Of a stretch of 64,000 bases of DNA, positions 1-9,959 are shown piece by piece (position 1 is the first letter of the stretch; every line of letters starts with the position of its first letter). The stretch is from IMG/VR virus record IMGVR_UViG_3300034106_004022, positions 62,001 through 126,000 of that record, one strand, 5' to 3'. Below the pieces are notes generated by a model. That model had not been told where the DNA came from, made no database searches, and saw only the letters and a list, made by a program, of their open reading frames with translations. This DNA comes from an uncultured virus (IMG/VR IMGVR_UViG_3300034106_004022). Lineage: Duplodnaviria > Heunggongvirae > Uroviricota > Caudoviricetes. A program made the translations under genes and the position numbers.

Positions 1-13
1 GCACTTTTATAAA

Positions 14-463
14 ATGAAAAAATTATTATTACTATCTTTGATGTTAATCACATCATTAACTTATGGACAAAAATGCTACACTGTTAAAAATGTAGAGAGT
101 CTTGCTAAAATTGAAAATATAAATCCTAAAAGATTTACATTAGGTGTTAAACAAATAACTGAAGAAATTCTATCTGAAAAATATAGTATATGTGAAGATG
201 GTGAATCAGTAATGGTTGTTGTTAAGAGTATTGAGGCACCTACAACAAGTATTTCAATTGGACCATTTGAAAAGAAAAGAAAAGTTACTATTGTGACTGT
301 TGATTTAATTATTAATGGTAAAGTATATACTGGAATTGGTGAAAGTAAGACTGATGTAAAATCTACATTTATTGAATTGCAAGATGAAAATATTCCATTT
401 GAAAAATCAGCGTTTTCAGCTGCATTAAAAAAATCATTAATAAGTGCTATTAACCAAATGTAA
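14..463 (+). CDS. exported hypothetical protein (possibly CsgG/TolB-N-like)
   Basis: N-terminal signal peptide MKKLLLLSLMLITSLTYGQ; fold guess is weak. Confidence 0.5.
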   Translation: MKKLLLLSLMLITSLTYGQKCYTVKNVESLAKIENINPKRFTLGVKQITEEILSEKYSICEDGESVMVVVKSIEAPTTSISIGPFEKKRKVTIVTVDLIINGKVYTGIGESKTDVKSTFIELQDENIPFEKSAFSAALKKSLISAINQM

Positions 464-2138
464 TATGAGAAGATATCTCACCCTGTTATTATTAATAATA
501 TCCAATATTGTATTTGCTCAAACATTTACATATTCGGGTTATATGTATAATGCGGGTGGATTACCAGCTCAAAATGTTGCTGTAAAATTATATAAACGTA
601 CTACACCAACTCTTACTGGGTTTACATCACAAACCAATTATAACGGACACTCTTACTATCGTTCTACTGGTTCAATGACTTGGACTAATGCAAAGGTTGC
701 TTGTGAAAATATGGGAGGTCACTTAGCTACCGTATCTAATTCAGCTGAGAACAATTTCTTATTTAATACATGGCCATCTGGTTGGATTGGATATTATCAA
801 GATAGAGTTTCTGGATATACTTATTCGGAAGCAGCTGGTGGATTTCGTTGGACAGAAACTAAAGTAACTGATGGATTGGTTGCTGATTATGATGTTTCTT
901 CTTATACATCAGGAACCACACTAACTGATATTGTATCTGGTATTAATTCTACATTATACAATACACCATCATACTCAAGTACTGGTGGGAAATATTTAAC
1001 ATTCAATGGAACTAATCAATACGCAATAACAAATAATTTAGCATCCAAATTTTCGAATAATAAAATAACTATAATGGCTTGGATATATCCAACCGGAAAT
1101 GGAGTTATATCATCGGAATTAGGTGTTGGTAGTCCTACATCAGGTTGGCATGAATCAATAATGGAAATCACTGGAAGTAATACCCTTAGAGTTGGATTTT
1201 GGAATGGTAGTGGAATTACTCAATTAAGTACATCTATTACATTAAACGCTTGGCATTTGGTTTCTATTACTTATGATGGGGCATCAATGAAAGGATATTT
1301 AAATAATGTAAATTTTGGAAGTACTAATTTTACTAGAGATGTTCCGTATGTGTATTCGGGAAACGGACAATATTTCGCATTTGGATTAAGTGATGTTACT
1401 AATATGGGTTCTGGAGCTTATGGTAATTTTAGATTAGGTGATTATCAAATATTCAATAGAGCTATAACAGCCGATGAAATTGATAGAACATATAACTTAT
1501 ATGCATATCGATATAAATTAAATCAATACACAAATTGGAATTCCGGAGAACCTAATAACTCACCCAGTGAAGATTATACACAATTTGTTACAGGTGGTAA
1601 ATGGAATGATTTAGGAAATACATCTTTACCTTATGTTATAGAATTTGATTATATTAACGATTTTACTCCATGGGTTTTACATCAAACAGTTTATACTAAC
1701 TCTTCTGGATATTATTCATTTTCTCAATCAACCAATCCAGCAACCGAATGGTATATTCAATATGATATTCCAACACCTACAACACAACTAAGTACCAGTG
1801 ATATTAATTCTATAATGTACAAAGTTATTAGTAATTCATTTAATGGATTAGATTATTATAAGTACGATGTAAATAATGATGGTGAAGTAACTGTATCTGA
1901 TGTTTATTATATTCATATGAAAAAAGTTGGGATGAAATCTATATGGGAAAATTCTTTACCAAATGTTAGATTATTTACCCAATCACAATATAATATAATA
2001 AATTCATCAACTACTGATTTACGCCCTACCTATATAGGAACATCCTCAATTATAATAAATAATCCAACAAGTGGTGGAAGTTCAAATTACTACTTAATTA
2101 ATACCGGTTATTCTAATAGTACAACAATTTCGTACTAA
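444..2138 (+). CDS. secreted multidomain lectin: C-type lectin, LamG/ConA-like domain and dockerin-like C-terminus (likely start ~465, MRRYL)
   Basis: CTLD motifs TWTNAKVACENMGGHLATV, WIG, WNSGEPNN, WND; LamG motifs WHLVSITYDG, IFNRAITADEI; DVNNDGEVTVSD. Confidence 0.75.
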   Translation: MLLTKCNMRRYLTLLLLIISNIVFAQTFTYSGYMYNAGGLPAQNVAVKLYKRTTPTLTGFTSQTNYNGHSYYRSTGSMTWTNAKVACENMGGHLATVSNSAENNFLFNTWPSGWIGYYQDRVSGYTYSEAAGGFRWTETKVTDGLVADYDVSSYTSGTTLTDIVSGINSTLYNTPSYSSTGGKYLTFNGTNQYAITNNLASKFSNNKITIMAWIYPTGNGVISSELGVGSPTSGWHESIMEITGSNTLRVGFWNGSGITQLSTSITLNAWHLVSITYDGASMKGYLNNVNFGSTNFTRDVPYVYSGNGQYFAFGLSDVTNMGSGAYGNFRLGDYQIFNRAITADEIDRTYNLYAYRYKLNQYTNWNSGEPNNSPSEDYTQFVTGGKWNDLGNTSLPYVIEFDYINDFTPWVLHQTVYTNSSGYYSFSQSTNPATEWYIQYDIPTPTTQLSTSDINSIMYKVISNSFNGLDYYKYDVNNDGEVTVSDVYYIHMKKVGMKSIWENSLPNVRLFTQSQYNIINSSTTDLRPTYIGTSSIIINNPTSGGSSNYYLINTGYSNSTTISY

Positions 2139-2170
2139 TGTTATATTTATAAAAACAGAATAAAAAAATT

Positions 2171-2770
2171 ATGGCAAAGTACACAAAAGAACAAATTGAA
2201 AAAGCAGTTAAATCAAAAGGATACGTTTGGTTTGAAGATGCTTCTAACAAAGGATTTGATTTAAACATCGTAGGTATCAGAAATTCATCAACCGGTACAA
2301 AGGTTACTAACGTATTTGATGATGCAATTTCAGTATCATATAAAGATGGTGGTAATTGGATTTACAAAGAATGGGTAAACACAACCGACCCTGGTACAAA
2401 GGGAGTTAAAGAATATCATAATGCAGCTGGAGTTGCTCGTTTAGTTCCGGGTCAATATAGAGGTTCACATACATTGGGATTACATCAAGGTAAATACGAA
2501 GCACTTAAACAACAAAAGCCGGTTAAGGTTTATAGAGATGCTAATAGAGATATGAACTATGATGAAACCAAAATCCAAGAAGGTATCTTTGGTATCAACA
2601 TCCACAAAGCTGGAGCAGATTCAACTTATGTTGAAAATTGGTCTGAAGGATGTCAAGTATTCAAAAAAGCAGCTGATTTTGAAGAATTTATGGTTATTAC
2701 GAGAAAATCAGGTGCAATACATGGTAAATCGTTTACATATACATTAATAGAATCGAAAGATATTGTTTAA
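2171..2770 (+). CDS. putative endolysin / peptidoglycan enzyme, YkuD (L,D-transpeptidase)-like
   Basis: GINIHKAG...NWSEGCQV resembles the HxxN14-17-SxGC catalytic motif. Confidence 0.6.
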   Translation: MAKYTKEQIEKAVKSKGYVWFEDASNKGFDLNIVGIRNSSTGTKVTNVFDDAISVSYKDGGNWIYKEWVNTTDPGTKGVKEYHNAAGVARLVPGQYRGSHTLGLHQGKYEALKQQKPVKVYRDANRDMNYDETKIQEGIFGINIHKAGADSTYVENWSEGCQVFKKAADFEEFMVITRKSGAIHGKSFTYTLIESKDIV

Positions 2771-2794
2771 TAACACATTGAATATCAATAATTT

Positions 2795-2823
2795 AAAGGG
2801 AAAGCGAAAGTTTTCCCTTTTTT
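2795..2823 (+). terminator. intrinsic terminator
   Basis: aaagggaaagc-GAAA-gttttcccttt followed by T-run. Confidence 0.9.
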
Positions 2824-2824
2824 A

Positions 2825-2856
2825 TTTGGAATTATCAAATATTTGTTGTATATTTG
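2825..2856 (+). promoter_or_regulatory. Bacteroidetes-type promoter (-33/-7)
   Basis: TTTG-N20-TATATTTG. Confidence 0.8.
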
Positions 2857-2882
2857 AGTTATAACTTAAAACCCTAAAAGAT

Positions 2883-3287
2883 ATGATAAATTTTGATAGA
2901 GTACCCGCTGGACAGATTTTTGATGTAAAGGTTTCACAAGGAACCGCAACTAAAACAAAAAGATTAAAGTTATGTAAACTTAAAGCTCGTTCTATACTTT
3001 TTATAGAAGTGGATAAAACACTTAGAGTAAATACCTTTTACAAATTCCCAATTAAAGAGGTAACCCAATTATTGGAAGATTTAGATACACCAGTTATAGA
3101 ATTTAAAAATGGTGTAATGCCTGAGAAATGGGAATCTGCTTGGGATTCAATGGGTGGACCTTCTAAATCAGTTCAATCATATGGTAGATTCGCACAAGCA
3201 GCCAAACCATTTAGTAATCATTCCAAAGGATGGAGTTCAAATGCACCACAATATAACTATGGTGGGGGAGCTCACTTTAGAACTTAA
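2883..3287 (+). CDS. hypothetical protein
   Basis: ORF downstream of promoter. Confidence 0.6.
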   Translation: MINFDRVPAGQIFDVKVSQGTATKTKRLKLCKLKARSILFIEVDKTLRVNTFYKFPIKEVTQLLEDLDTPVIEFKNGVMPEKWESAWDSMGGPSKSVQSYGRFAQAAKPFSNHSKGWSSNAPQYNYGGGAHFRT

Positions 3288-3306
3288 TAAAGTATTTGAG
3301 AAAACA

Positions 3307-3338
3307 TTTGGTATTCTCAGATAAATTTCGTATATTTG
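3307..3338 (+). promoter_or_regulatory. Bacteroidetes-type promoter
   Basis: TTTG-N20-TATATTTG. Confidence 0.85.
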
Positions 3339-3360
3339 TATAAATAATAAAACTAACGTT

Positions 3361-3750
3361 ATGTTTGGAAGAAATAAATCAAATAATACCAAAGCTCAGG
3401 AATTGAGAGATTTGGAAATTGAAAAGAATATAATCAATAGAGAAATTGAATTGTATCGTAGAGAAAAATTTAATCAAGTAGATAATGATATTGAAACTCA
3501 TAAAATCAAAAGATTAAAAGAAGTTGCAGAATTGGAAATTCAATGTCATAGACAATTGGGAGAATATGAACATGAATTTCATTCAACTAAAGAAATAAGA
3601 GGTATTGAGTTGGCAAGAGTGGAAGCAAAGATAGAAGCACTCAATTCAATTGAACCTACATTGATGGATATCATCAGTAATAAAGATAAAGAAATTGAAC
3701 GATTGGTTAATATAATCAACGCATTGACAAACCATCGTACTAAAAAATAA
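3361..3750 (+). CDS. coiled-coil hypothetical protein
   Basis: E/K/I/L-rich heptad pattern. Confidence 0.6.
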   Translation: MFGRNKSNNTKAQELRDLEIEKNIINREIELYRREKFNQVDNDIETHKIKRLKEVAELEIQCHRQLGEYEHEFHSTKEIRGIELARVEAKIEALNSIEPTLMDIISNKDKEIERLVNIINALTNHRTKK

Positions 3751-3764
3751 TATTACGGATAAAA

Positions 3765-3796
3765 TTTGGAAGTATCAGATTTTATTCGTATATTTG
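3765..3796 (+). promoter_or_regulatory. Bacteroidetes-type promoter
   Basis: TTTG-N20-TATATTTG. Confidence 0.85.
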
Positions 3797-3915
3797 TATA
3801 AATAAATGGATAAGACCATCTTAAAACTTGGTTTTTTGATATTTATATAAGGTGTAGGAAAGACACCATAATAAAACCATTAAAACTTAATTATAAACTT
3901 TTAAAACAAAAAACA

Positions 3916-4749
3916 ATGGCTATTAATTTAGATGCAATTAGAGGTAGACTAAACAAACTACAAAACACTGGAAGTACAAAAAACAATCTTTGGAAACCAG
4001 CAAATGGTAAGACTCAAGTGAGAATCGTACCTTACAAGTTCAACAAAGAAAATCCTTTTATCGAACTTTATTTCCACTACAACATTAACAACAAATCTTA
4101 TCTATCTCCGATGTCTTTCGGAAGACCTGACCCAATTGTTGAGTTTGCTGACAAACTTAAACGAATGGGTGATAAGGAAGATTGGAAAGCTGCTAAGAAA
4201 ATGGAACCGAAGTTGAGAACATTCGTACCTGTTATTGTAAGAGGTGAAGAAAACGAAGGAGTTAAATTTTGGGGATTTGGTAAGACGGTTTATCAGGAAA
4301 TCTTAGGTTACATCGCTGACCCAGATTATGGAGATATTACCGACCCAACAACTGGTAGAGATATCACTATTGATTATGTATCAGCTGAAGATGCAGGAAC
4401 TTCTTATCCTGTAACTACAATTAGAGTTAAACCAACTCAAACTCCTATTTTGGAAGATTCTGAAAAATTGAAAGCAGCAATGGAAGGTCAAACTAACATT
4501 ACTGATATCTATCAGGAACTTTCTTACGCTGAATTAAAAGGTGTATTAGAAGGGTGGTTGAATCCAACTGGTGATGAAGGTTCTGAATCAACTTCACAAT
4601 CAACATTATCAACACCGGCTCCGGCTCCACAATCGGCACCAGCAGCAGCTCCAATTAAAAATGAAGCATTCGCCGCTACACCAGCAGTTGAGGAACGTAA
4701 GAAAATGGATGATGTAGCATCAGCATTTGATGACTTATTCAACAACTAA
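3916..4749 (+). CDS. single-stranded DNA-binding protein, T4 gp32-like
   Basis: WKP..GKTQVRIVP, VKFWGFGKTVY, DITDPTTGRDI, acidic tail AFDDLFNN; directly upstream of recA. Confidence 0.85.
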   Translation: MAINLDAIRGRLNKLQNTGSTKNNLWKPANGKTQVRIVPYKFNKENPFIELYFHYNINNKSYLSPMSFGRPDPIVEFADKLKRMGDKEDWKAAKKMEPKLRTFVPVIVRGEENEGVKFWGFGKTVYQEILGYIADPDYGDITDPTTGRDITIDYVSAEDAGTSYPVTTIRVKPTQTPILEDSEKLKAAMEGQTNITDIYQELSYAELKGVLEGWLNPTGDEGSESTSQSTLSTPAPAPQSAPAAAPIKNEAFAATPAVEERKKMDDVASAFDDLFNN

Positions 4750-4764
4750 AAACTAAAAAGTTAT

Positions 4765-5886
4765 ATGGCAAAAACATCGAAAGAGGTGGATTTAGCAAGT
4801 GTTCTTGCTGATTCCCTAAACAAACAATCCAAAGACCAAAGAGTAGCATTCTTTTTGGATGCCGGAGATTCCCCAACCGACGTGAGTGGGTGGGTATCAA
4901 CTGGAGCATCAATGCTAGATGTTGCCATTTCTAATCGACCTTATGGTGGATTACCTATTGGTAGAATCACCGAAATTACTGGACTTGAACAATCTGGAAA
5001 ATCATTAGTATCTGCTCACCTCCTTGCTGAAACACAAAAGCAAGGTGGTGTTGCGGTTCTAATAGATACCGAAAATGCGGTCAGTAGAGAGTTCTTACAG
5101 GCAATTGGAGTAGATGTATCTAAATTACTATATGTAGCGGCTGAGACAGTAGAACAATGTTTCGAATACACCGAAATCATTATTGAGAAAGTGCGAGTAG
5201 CATCGAAAGATAAACTCGTAACAATCGTAGTGGATTCAGTAGCAGCAGCATCAACTGAAAAGGAGATGGAAGCAGATTATGGTAAAGATGGATACGCAAC
5301 CGATAAAGCAATTATTATCTCAAAGGCAATGCGTAAAATCACAAACTTAATTGGTAGACAGAAAATCACATTGGTTTTCACAAATCAATTAAGACAGAAG
5401 ATGAACGCTATGCCATTCTCTGACCCTTGGACAACTTCTGGTGGTAAAGCAATCGCTTTCCACGCATCGGTTCGTTTAAGATTAAAGAGTATGGGAACCA
5501 TTAAGGCAAAGGAAAATGGTAACGATAGAATCGTAGGTATCAAAGTACGTTGTCAGGTTGTTAAAAATCGTATGGGTCCACCATTACGTTCCGCTGATTT
5601 CGATATCTTCTTTGATAGAGGAATCGATAACTATGGAGCATGGTTGGCGCAAATGAAAGAGCATGGTTTGGTAAAACAAACTGGTGCTTGGTATGAGTAC
5701 ACCGATATTGATACTGGTGAAATTATCAAATATCAATCTAAAGATTTCCCAAAATTATTACAAGATAATGACTCTATTAGAGAACAAATTTACAAAGGAA
5801 TTTGTGAAGCAACAATCTTACAATATAAAAAGGATTCAATGGATACCGATAATTTGGTAGTAGATTCTGAGGTAATCGGGGATTAA
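4765..5886 (+). CDS. recA: RecA/UvsX recombinase
   Basis: Walker A GLEQSGKS, IVVDSVAA, FTNQLR, SGGKAIAFHASVRL. Confidence 0.95.
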   Translation: MAKTSKEVDLASVLADSLNKQSKDQRVAFFLDAGDSPTDVSGWVSTGASMLDVAISNRPYGGLPIGRITEITGLEQSGKSLVSAHLLAETQKQGGVAVLIDTENAVSREFLQAIGVDVSKLLYVAAETVEQCFEYTEIIIEKVRVASKDKLVTIVVDSVAAASTEKEMEADYGKDGYATDKAIIISKAMRKITNLIGRQKITLVFTNQLRQKMNAMPFSDPWTTSGGKAIAFHASVRLRLKSMGTIKAKENGNDRIVGIKVRCQVVKNRMGPPLRSADFDIFFDRGIDNYGAWLAQMKEHGLVKQTGAWYEYTDIDTGEIIKYQSKDFPKLLQDNDSIREQIYKGICEATILQYKKDSMDTDNLVVDSEVIGD

Positions 5887-5903
5887 ATTATAAAAAATAT
5901 GTT

Positions 5904-6122
5904 ATGAGTAGATTGAAAGAAATGTTAAAAACAAGTGCACAAGCCGATAGAGCAAAAGCACTACTTACATTAGAATTATTAGAAAAGAATCCAGCTGGAA
6001 TTGGTGACCATTCTACAAATGATTTCTATAACAACGCTGAAGAAGCTCTTCAAATGTTGGTAGATGCAGATGATAGATTGAAAGCAATAGAAACTTATTT
6101 TAACTCTGATAAAACTAACTAA
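5904..6122 (+). CDS. conserved phage hypothetical protein
   Basis: NPAGIGDH motif; translationally coupled to next gene. Confidence 0.6.
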   Translation: MSRLKEMLKTSAQADRAKALLTLELLEKNPAGIGDHSTNDFYNNAEEALQMLVDADDRLKAIETYFNSDKTN

Positions 6123-7168
6123 TGAAAGAACTCTATAAAGATATCCTCAATAAAGTGAGTGAGGAACACAAAACAAACCACCTAAGAGAGAGAAACAGTA
6201 GAGTTCTTATCATTGATGGACTTAATACCTTCATCCGTAGCTGGACAACTAATCCTACAATGAATGAGGATGGTGACCATACGGGTGGAGTTATTGGTTC
6301 ATTAAAATCAATTGGATATCAAATCAGAGAATTCAACCCAACGAGAGTTATTGTAACTTTTGATGGTAAGAATGGTTCTGAATCCAGAAAGAAAATCCAC
6401 GAAGGATATAAAGCTGGTAGAGAGAAGAATAGATTTAGAGTTAATCGCACCTATGGTGAGATGATGAGTGAAGAGGATGAACGATTATCAATGAGGCAAC
6501 AATTTGTATGGCTGAATGATATGTTGGATTATCTACCAGTTCAAACAATGATTTACGATGGAATTGAAGCAGATGATACTATTGCATATTTAACCCAATA
6601 TACTCAAAATGAGTATGATGGTGAAGTTGTAATTGTTTCAACTGATAAAGATTTCCTACAATTAGTTTCTGATAAAGTTAGTGTATTTTCACCAACTAAA
6701 AAGAAACTATATAATAGACAAGTTGTATTTGATGAATTTGAAATTTGGCCTGAAAATCTCCTATTATATCGTACATTAGATGGGGATAAGTCCGATAACA
6801 TTCCGGGTATTAAAGGATGTGGTATCAAAACACTTCTTAAACGATTTCCTGAACTATCTGAAGATAGACTTATTACGCATGATGAATTGTTTCAAATGTG
6901 TGAAGGTAAATTGGGTAAAATCAAACTTTATAATGATATTTTAGAAGCAAGGGAACAACTCCTTATGAATAAGCGATTAATGGAGTTGAAAGAACCACAT
7001 ATACCAACAAATCAAAAGCTTAAGATAATTGATAGATTCAGAGAAGATGATGTTGCATTCAATAAATTAGAATTCCTTAAAGTTGGTAACAAATATAAGG
7101 TTTTACAAAATTGGAGAGACATTAATGATTGGTTACAATCGACATTCCACAACATTATTATAAAATAA
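6122..7168 (+). CDS. 5'-3' exonuclease / flap endonuclease (T4 RNase H / PolI N-domain-like)
   Basis: IIDGLN, YKAGR, EADD, STDKDFLQL, GDKSDNIPGIKGCGIKT. Confidence 0.92.
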   Translation: MKELYKDILNKVSEEHKTNHLRERNSRVLIIDGLNTFIRSWTTNPTMNEDGDHTGGVIGSLKSIGYQIREFNPTRVIVTFDGKNGSESRKKIHEGYKAGREKNRFRVNRTYGEMMSEEDERLSMRQQFVWLNDMLDYLPVQTMIYDGIEADDTIAYLTQYTQNEYDGEVVIVSTDKDFLQLVSDKVSVFSPTKKKLYNRQVVFDEFEIWPENLLLYRTLDGDKSDNIPGIKGCGIKTLLKRFPELSEDRLITHDELFQMCEGKLGKIKLYNDILEAREQLLMNKRLMELKEPHIPTNQKLKIIDRFREDDVAFNKLEFLKVGNKYKVLQNWRDINDWLQSTFHNIIIK

Positions 7169-7169
7169 A

Positions 7170-7201
7170 TTAGGTTTTATCACAAATTTTTTATATCTTT
7201 G
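7170..7201 (+). promoter_or_regulatory. Bacteroidetes-type promoter
   Basis: TTAG-N20-TATCTTTG. Confidence 0.65.
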
Positions 7202-7223
7202 TGGAAACAAATAGGTTATATAC

Positions 7224-8582
7224 ATGCAAAATACAGACACACTATCTAAATACGGACAATCATTTCAAACAAAAGTTTTATCTTGTTTGATTGCTGATGT
7301 TCGTTTATTAGATACGCTCAGAGAGGTTATACATCCTAAGTTTTTTGAATCCGAAGCAAACAAATGGATTGTTGAGGAGATAATGGAATATTATGATGAT
7401 TTCAAACGTACACCATCATTAGATGTGTTTAAAGTTGAAATTTCAAAAATGGAAGATTCTGGAATGCAGAAACGAATTGTTGAACAACTTAAATTGGCAT
7501 TTACCCAATTAGGTGATAATGACTTGGATTATGTAAAAAAAGAATTTTCTAACTTTTGCATCAATCAGAATCTTAAAGAAGCAATTGTACAATCCGTTGA
7601 TTTATTAAAAGCTGGTTCTTATGATAGAATTAAAGATTTAGTAGATAAAGCAATGAAAGTTGGAGTTGATACTGATTTGGGTTTAGATTACGTTTTAGAT
7701 TTTGAAGAACGTAGTGAAGATTTAAATAGAACAACTGTACCAACTTCTTGGGATTGTATTAATGGGTTAATGGATGGTGGATTAGGACCCGGTGAATTGG
7801 GAGTAATAGTTGCACCATCAGGAGTTGGTAAAACTTGGGTACTATGTGCACTTGGAGCGGCTGCTGTGAAAGCTGGAATGAATGTAGTACATTATTCATT
7901 AGAATTATCCGAACATTATGTAGGACAGCGATATGATACTGTATTCACACAAATCCCATCTGGGGATTTAAAAAATAGAAAAGAGGATGTACTTCAAAAG
8001 ATTAAAAAACTAAAAGGTAGATTACTCATTAAGTATTTTCCACCAAAGGGTATATCAGCTAGAAACATCGAATCTCACATTGAAAAGATGACTGCTGCGG
8101 GTAATAAACCGGATTTAGTTATTATTGATTACGCTGATTTACTACTCTCTACTACAAACAAATCAGAATCAACTTATGGTGAGCAAGGTGGTGTTTATAT
8201 TGAACTAAGAGGAATGGGTGGTATGTTAGGAATACCCGTTTGGACAGCATCTCAAACCAATCGTTCGGCAATTGATAGTGAAGTTATTGAAGCTGATAAA
8301 GTGGCTGATTCATACGCTAAAGTTATGAACGCAGATTTCATTATGAGTATCAGTAGAAAATCTAAAGATAAATTAAACAACACCGCTAGATTTCACGTGA
8401 TGAAGAATAGATTCGGACCGGATGGATTAACATTCCCATCTAAAATGGATACTAATATTGGTTCAATTGAAGTATTTGAAGCATCATCATCTGATGGAAT
8501 TATTACATCAAAAGAAAGTAATGATGGGGCGATTATGGAGAAGAAATTATTACATAAAAAATATGTAGATAACTTTGGATAA
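7224..8582 (+). CDS. dnaB: replicative DNA helicase (DnaB/gp41)
   Basis: APSGVGKT, YSLEL, IIDYADLL, WTASQTNR, KNRFG. Confidence 0.93.
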   Translation: MQNTDTLSKYGQSFQTKVLSCLIADVRLLDTLREVIHPKFFESEANKWIVEEIMEYYDDFKRTPSLDVFKVEISKMEDSGMQKRIVEQLKLAFTQLGDNDLDYVKKEFSNFCINQNLKEAIVQSVDLLKAGSYDRIKDLVDKAMKVGVDTDLGLDYVLDFEERSEDLNRTTVPTSWDCINGLMDGGLGPGELGVIVAPSGVGKTWVLCALGAAAVKAGMNVVHYSLELSEHYVGQRYDTVFTQIPSGDLKNRKEDVLQKIKKLKGRLLIKYFPPKGISARNIESHIEKMTAAGNKPDLVIIDYADLLLSTTNKSESTYGEQGGVYIELRGMGGMLGIPVWTASQTNRSAIDSEVIEADKVADSYAKVMNADFIMSISRKSKDKLNNTARFHVMKNRFGPDGLTFPSKMDTNIGSIEVFEASSSDGIITSKESNDGAIMEKKLLHKKYVDNFG

Positions 8583-8737
8583 TACTCAATCAATCAATAT
8601 GTGGTATGTAAAAATACCAAACAAAAAAATAAAAAAATTAACTTTGTAAATTGAATTCTTTTTCAATATATACAATAGTTATAATCACCCAACTGAAAAA
8701 ATGGTTGGACTTAACAATTAAAAACAAAATAAAGATT

Positions 8738-8908
8738 ATGGCAAATTCGCAAGAAATTTTCGAACAAATTAAAGAGTTATACACTCAATTTGAAAAAGAG
8801 CACAATGGTACAACCAAAGCTGCTAAATCAAGAGCTAGAAAAGCTATTGGTGAGATTAAAAAATTGGTAACTGATTATAGAAAAGTATCCATAGAGGAAA
8901 CTAAATAA
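8738..8908 (+). CDS. histone H1-like (Hc1-family) small basic protein
   Basis: GTTKAAKSRARKAIGEIKKLVTDYRKVS resembles the Bacteroidetes Hc1-like family; start corrected to ATG 8738. Confidence 0.7.
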   Translation: MANSQEIFEQIKELYTQFEKEHNGTTKAAKSRARKAIGEIKKLVTDYRKVSIEETK

Positions 8909-8921
8909 TAGAGTTAAAACT

Positions 8922-9917
8922 ATGAGCAAATTATTTACTGAAAGAATACCCTACAAACCATTTGAATTTCCAGTGTATTATGAAGAAGGCTGGTTAAAAC
9001 AAGCTCAGGCATTTTGGTTACATACTGAAATCTCAATGCAGGGTGATGTTAAAGATTGGAATGAAAATCTTACATCTGATGAAAAACATTTGGTTGGTAA
9101 CATTCTATTGGGTTTTGCTCAAACTGAATGTGCTGTATCTGATTATTGGACTACGATGGTAACCAAATGGTTTCCAAAGCATGAAATTAAGCAGATGGCT
9201 ATGATGTTTGGTTCACAAGAAACAATTCATGCAACCGCATATTCATATCTAAATGAAACATTAGGGTTAGATGATTTCTCAGCATTTTTGCACGAACCTG
9301 CAGTTGCTGAGAAATTCCAACTCTTAACTTCTACTACAGCTGATTGGACACATAACGATTTGGAAACAAATCCGATAGCAAGACAGGAAGTAGCAAGAAG
9401 TTTGGCAATCTTTTCAGCATTCGCTGAAGGAGTATCGCTCTATTCATCATTTGCGGTTCTATATTCGTTCCAAATGAGAAATCTATTGAAAGGTATAGGA
9501 CAACAAATGAAATGGTCTGTAAGGGATGAATCCTTACATTCTAAGATGGGTTGTCAATTGTTCAATCATATGTGTGAAGAGTTTCCTGAATTAAAGGAAG
9601 CTAGTAAAGAATCAATCGAAGAAGCAGCTAAACTAATCGTAGAATTAGAATCTCATTTTATTGATAAGATGTTTGAAAATGGTGATTTAGAAAATCTAAA
9701 ATCATCAGATTTGAAAGAATTTATTAAAGCGAGAACAAATACCAAACTTAGAGAATTAGGTTATGATGGTATTTTCGAATTCAACTCTAAGAAAGCTGAT
9801 AATTTAGAATGGTTCTATCACTTAACTGGTGGTACTACACATACTGATTTCTTCGCTATTAGACCTACTGATTATTCAAAGGCTAATGAAGGGGAAGATT
9901 GGGGAGATTTATTTTAA
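8922..9917 (+). CDS. nrdB: class I ribonucleotide reductase beta subunit
   Basis: QETIHATAY, EGVSLYSSF, RDESLH, DFFA. Confidence 0.95.
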   Translation: MSKLFTERIPYKPFEFPVYYEEGWLKQAQAFWLHTEISMQGDVKDWNENLTSDEKHLVGNILLGFAQTECAVSDYWTTMVTKWFPKHEIKQMAMMFGSQETIHATAYSYLNETLGLDDFSAFLHEPAVAEKFQLLTSTTADWTHNDLETNPIARQEVARSLAIFSAFAEGVSLYSSFAVLYSFQMRNLLKGIGQQMKWSVRDESLHSKMGCQLFNHMCEEFPELKEASKESIEEAAKLIVELESHFIDKMFENGDLENLKSSDLKEFIKARTNTKLRELGYDGIFEFNSKKADNLEWFYHLTGGTTHTDFFAIRPTDYSKANEGEDWGDLF

Positions 9918-9923
9918 TAAACA

Positions 9924-9955
9924 TTAGGTTTAATCAAATAAATTTCGTATATTTG
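9924..9955 (+). promoter_or_regulatory. Bacteroidetes-type promoter, 4 nt before the SET gene ATG
   Basis: TTAG-N20-TATATTTG. Confidence 0.75.
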
Positions 9956-9959
9956 TAGT

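Noticed and set aside
444..2138. Diversity-generating retroelement target
   Set aside because: No reverse transcriptase or template/variable repeat pair is visible in the window.
3851..3880. preQ1-I riboswitch (5-bp stem plus A-rich tail)
   Set aside because: The loop AGGAAAG lacks the conserved U/C ligand-binding residues, and the downstream gene is SSB.
8651..8737. N-terminal extensions in the ORF track (8651, 32498, 41261, 43803, 63078)
   Set aside because: They start at TTG/ATG within promoters or upstream genes; downstream ATGs fit motifs and gene packing better.
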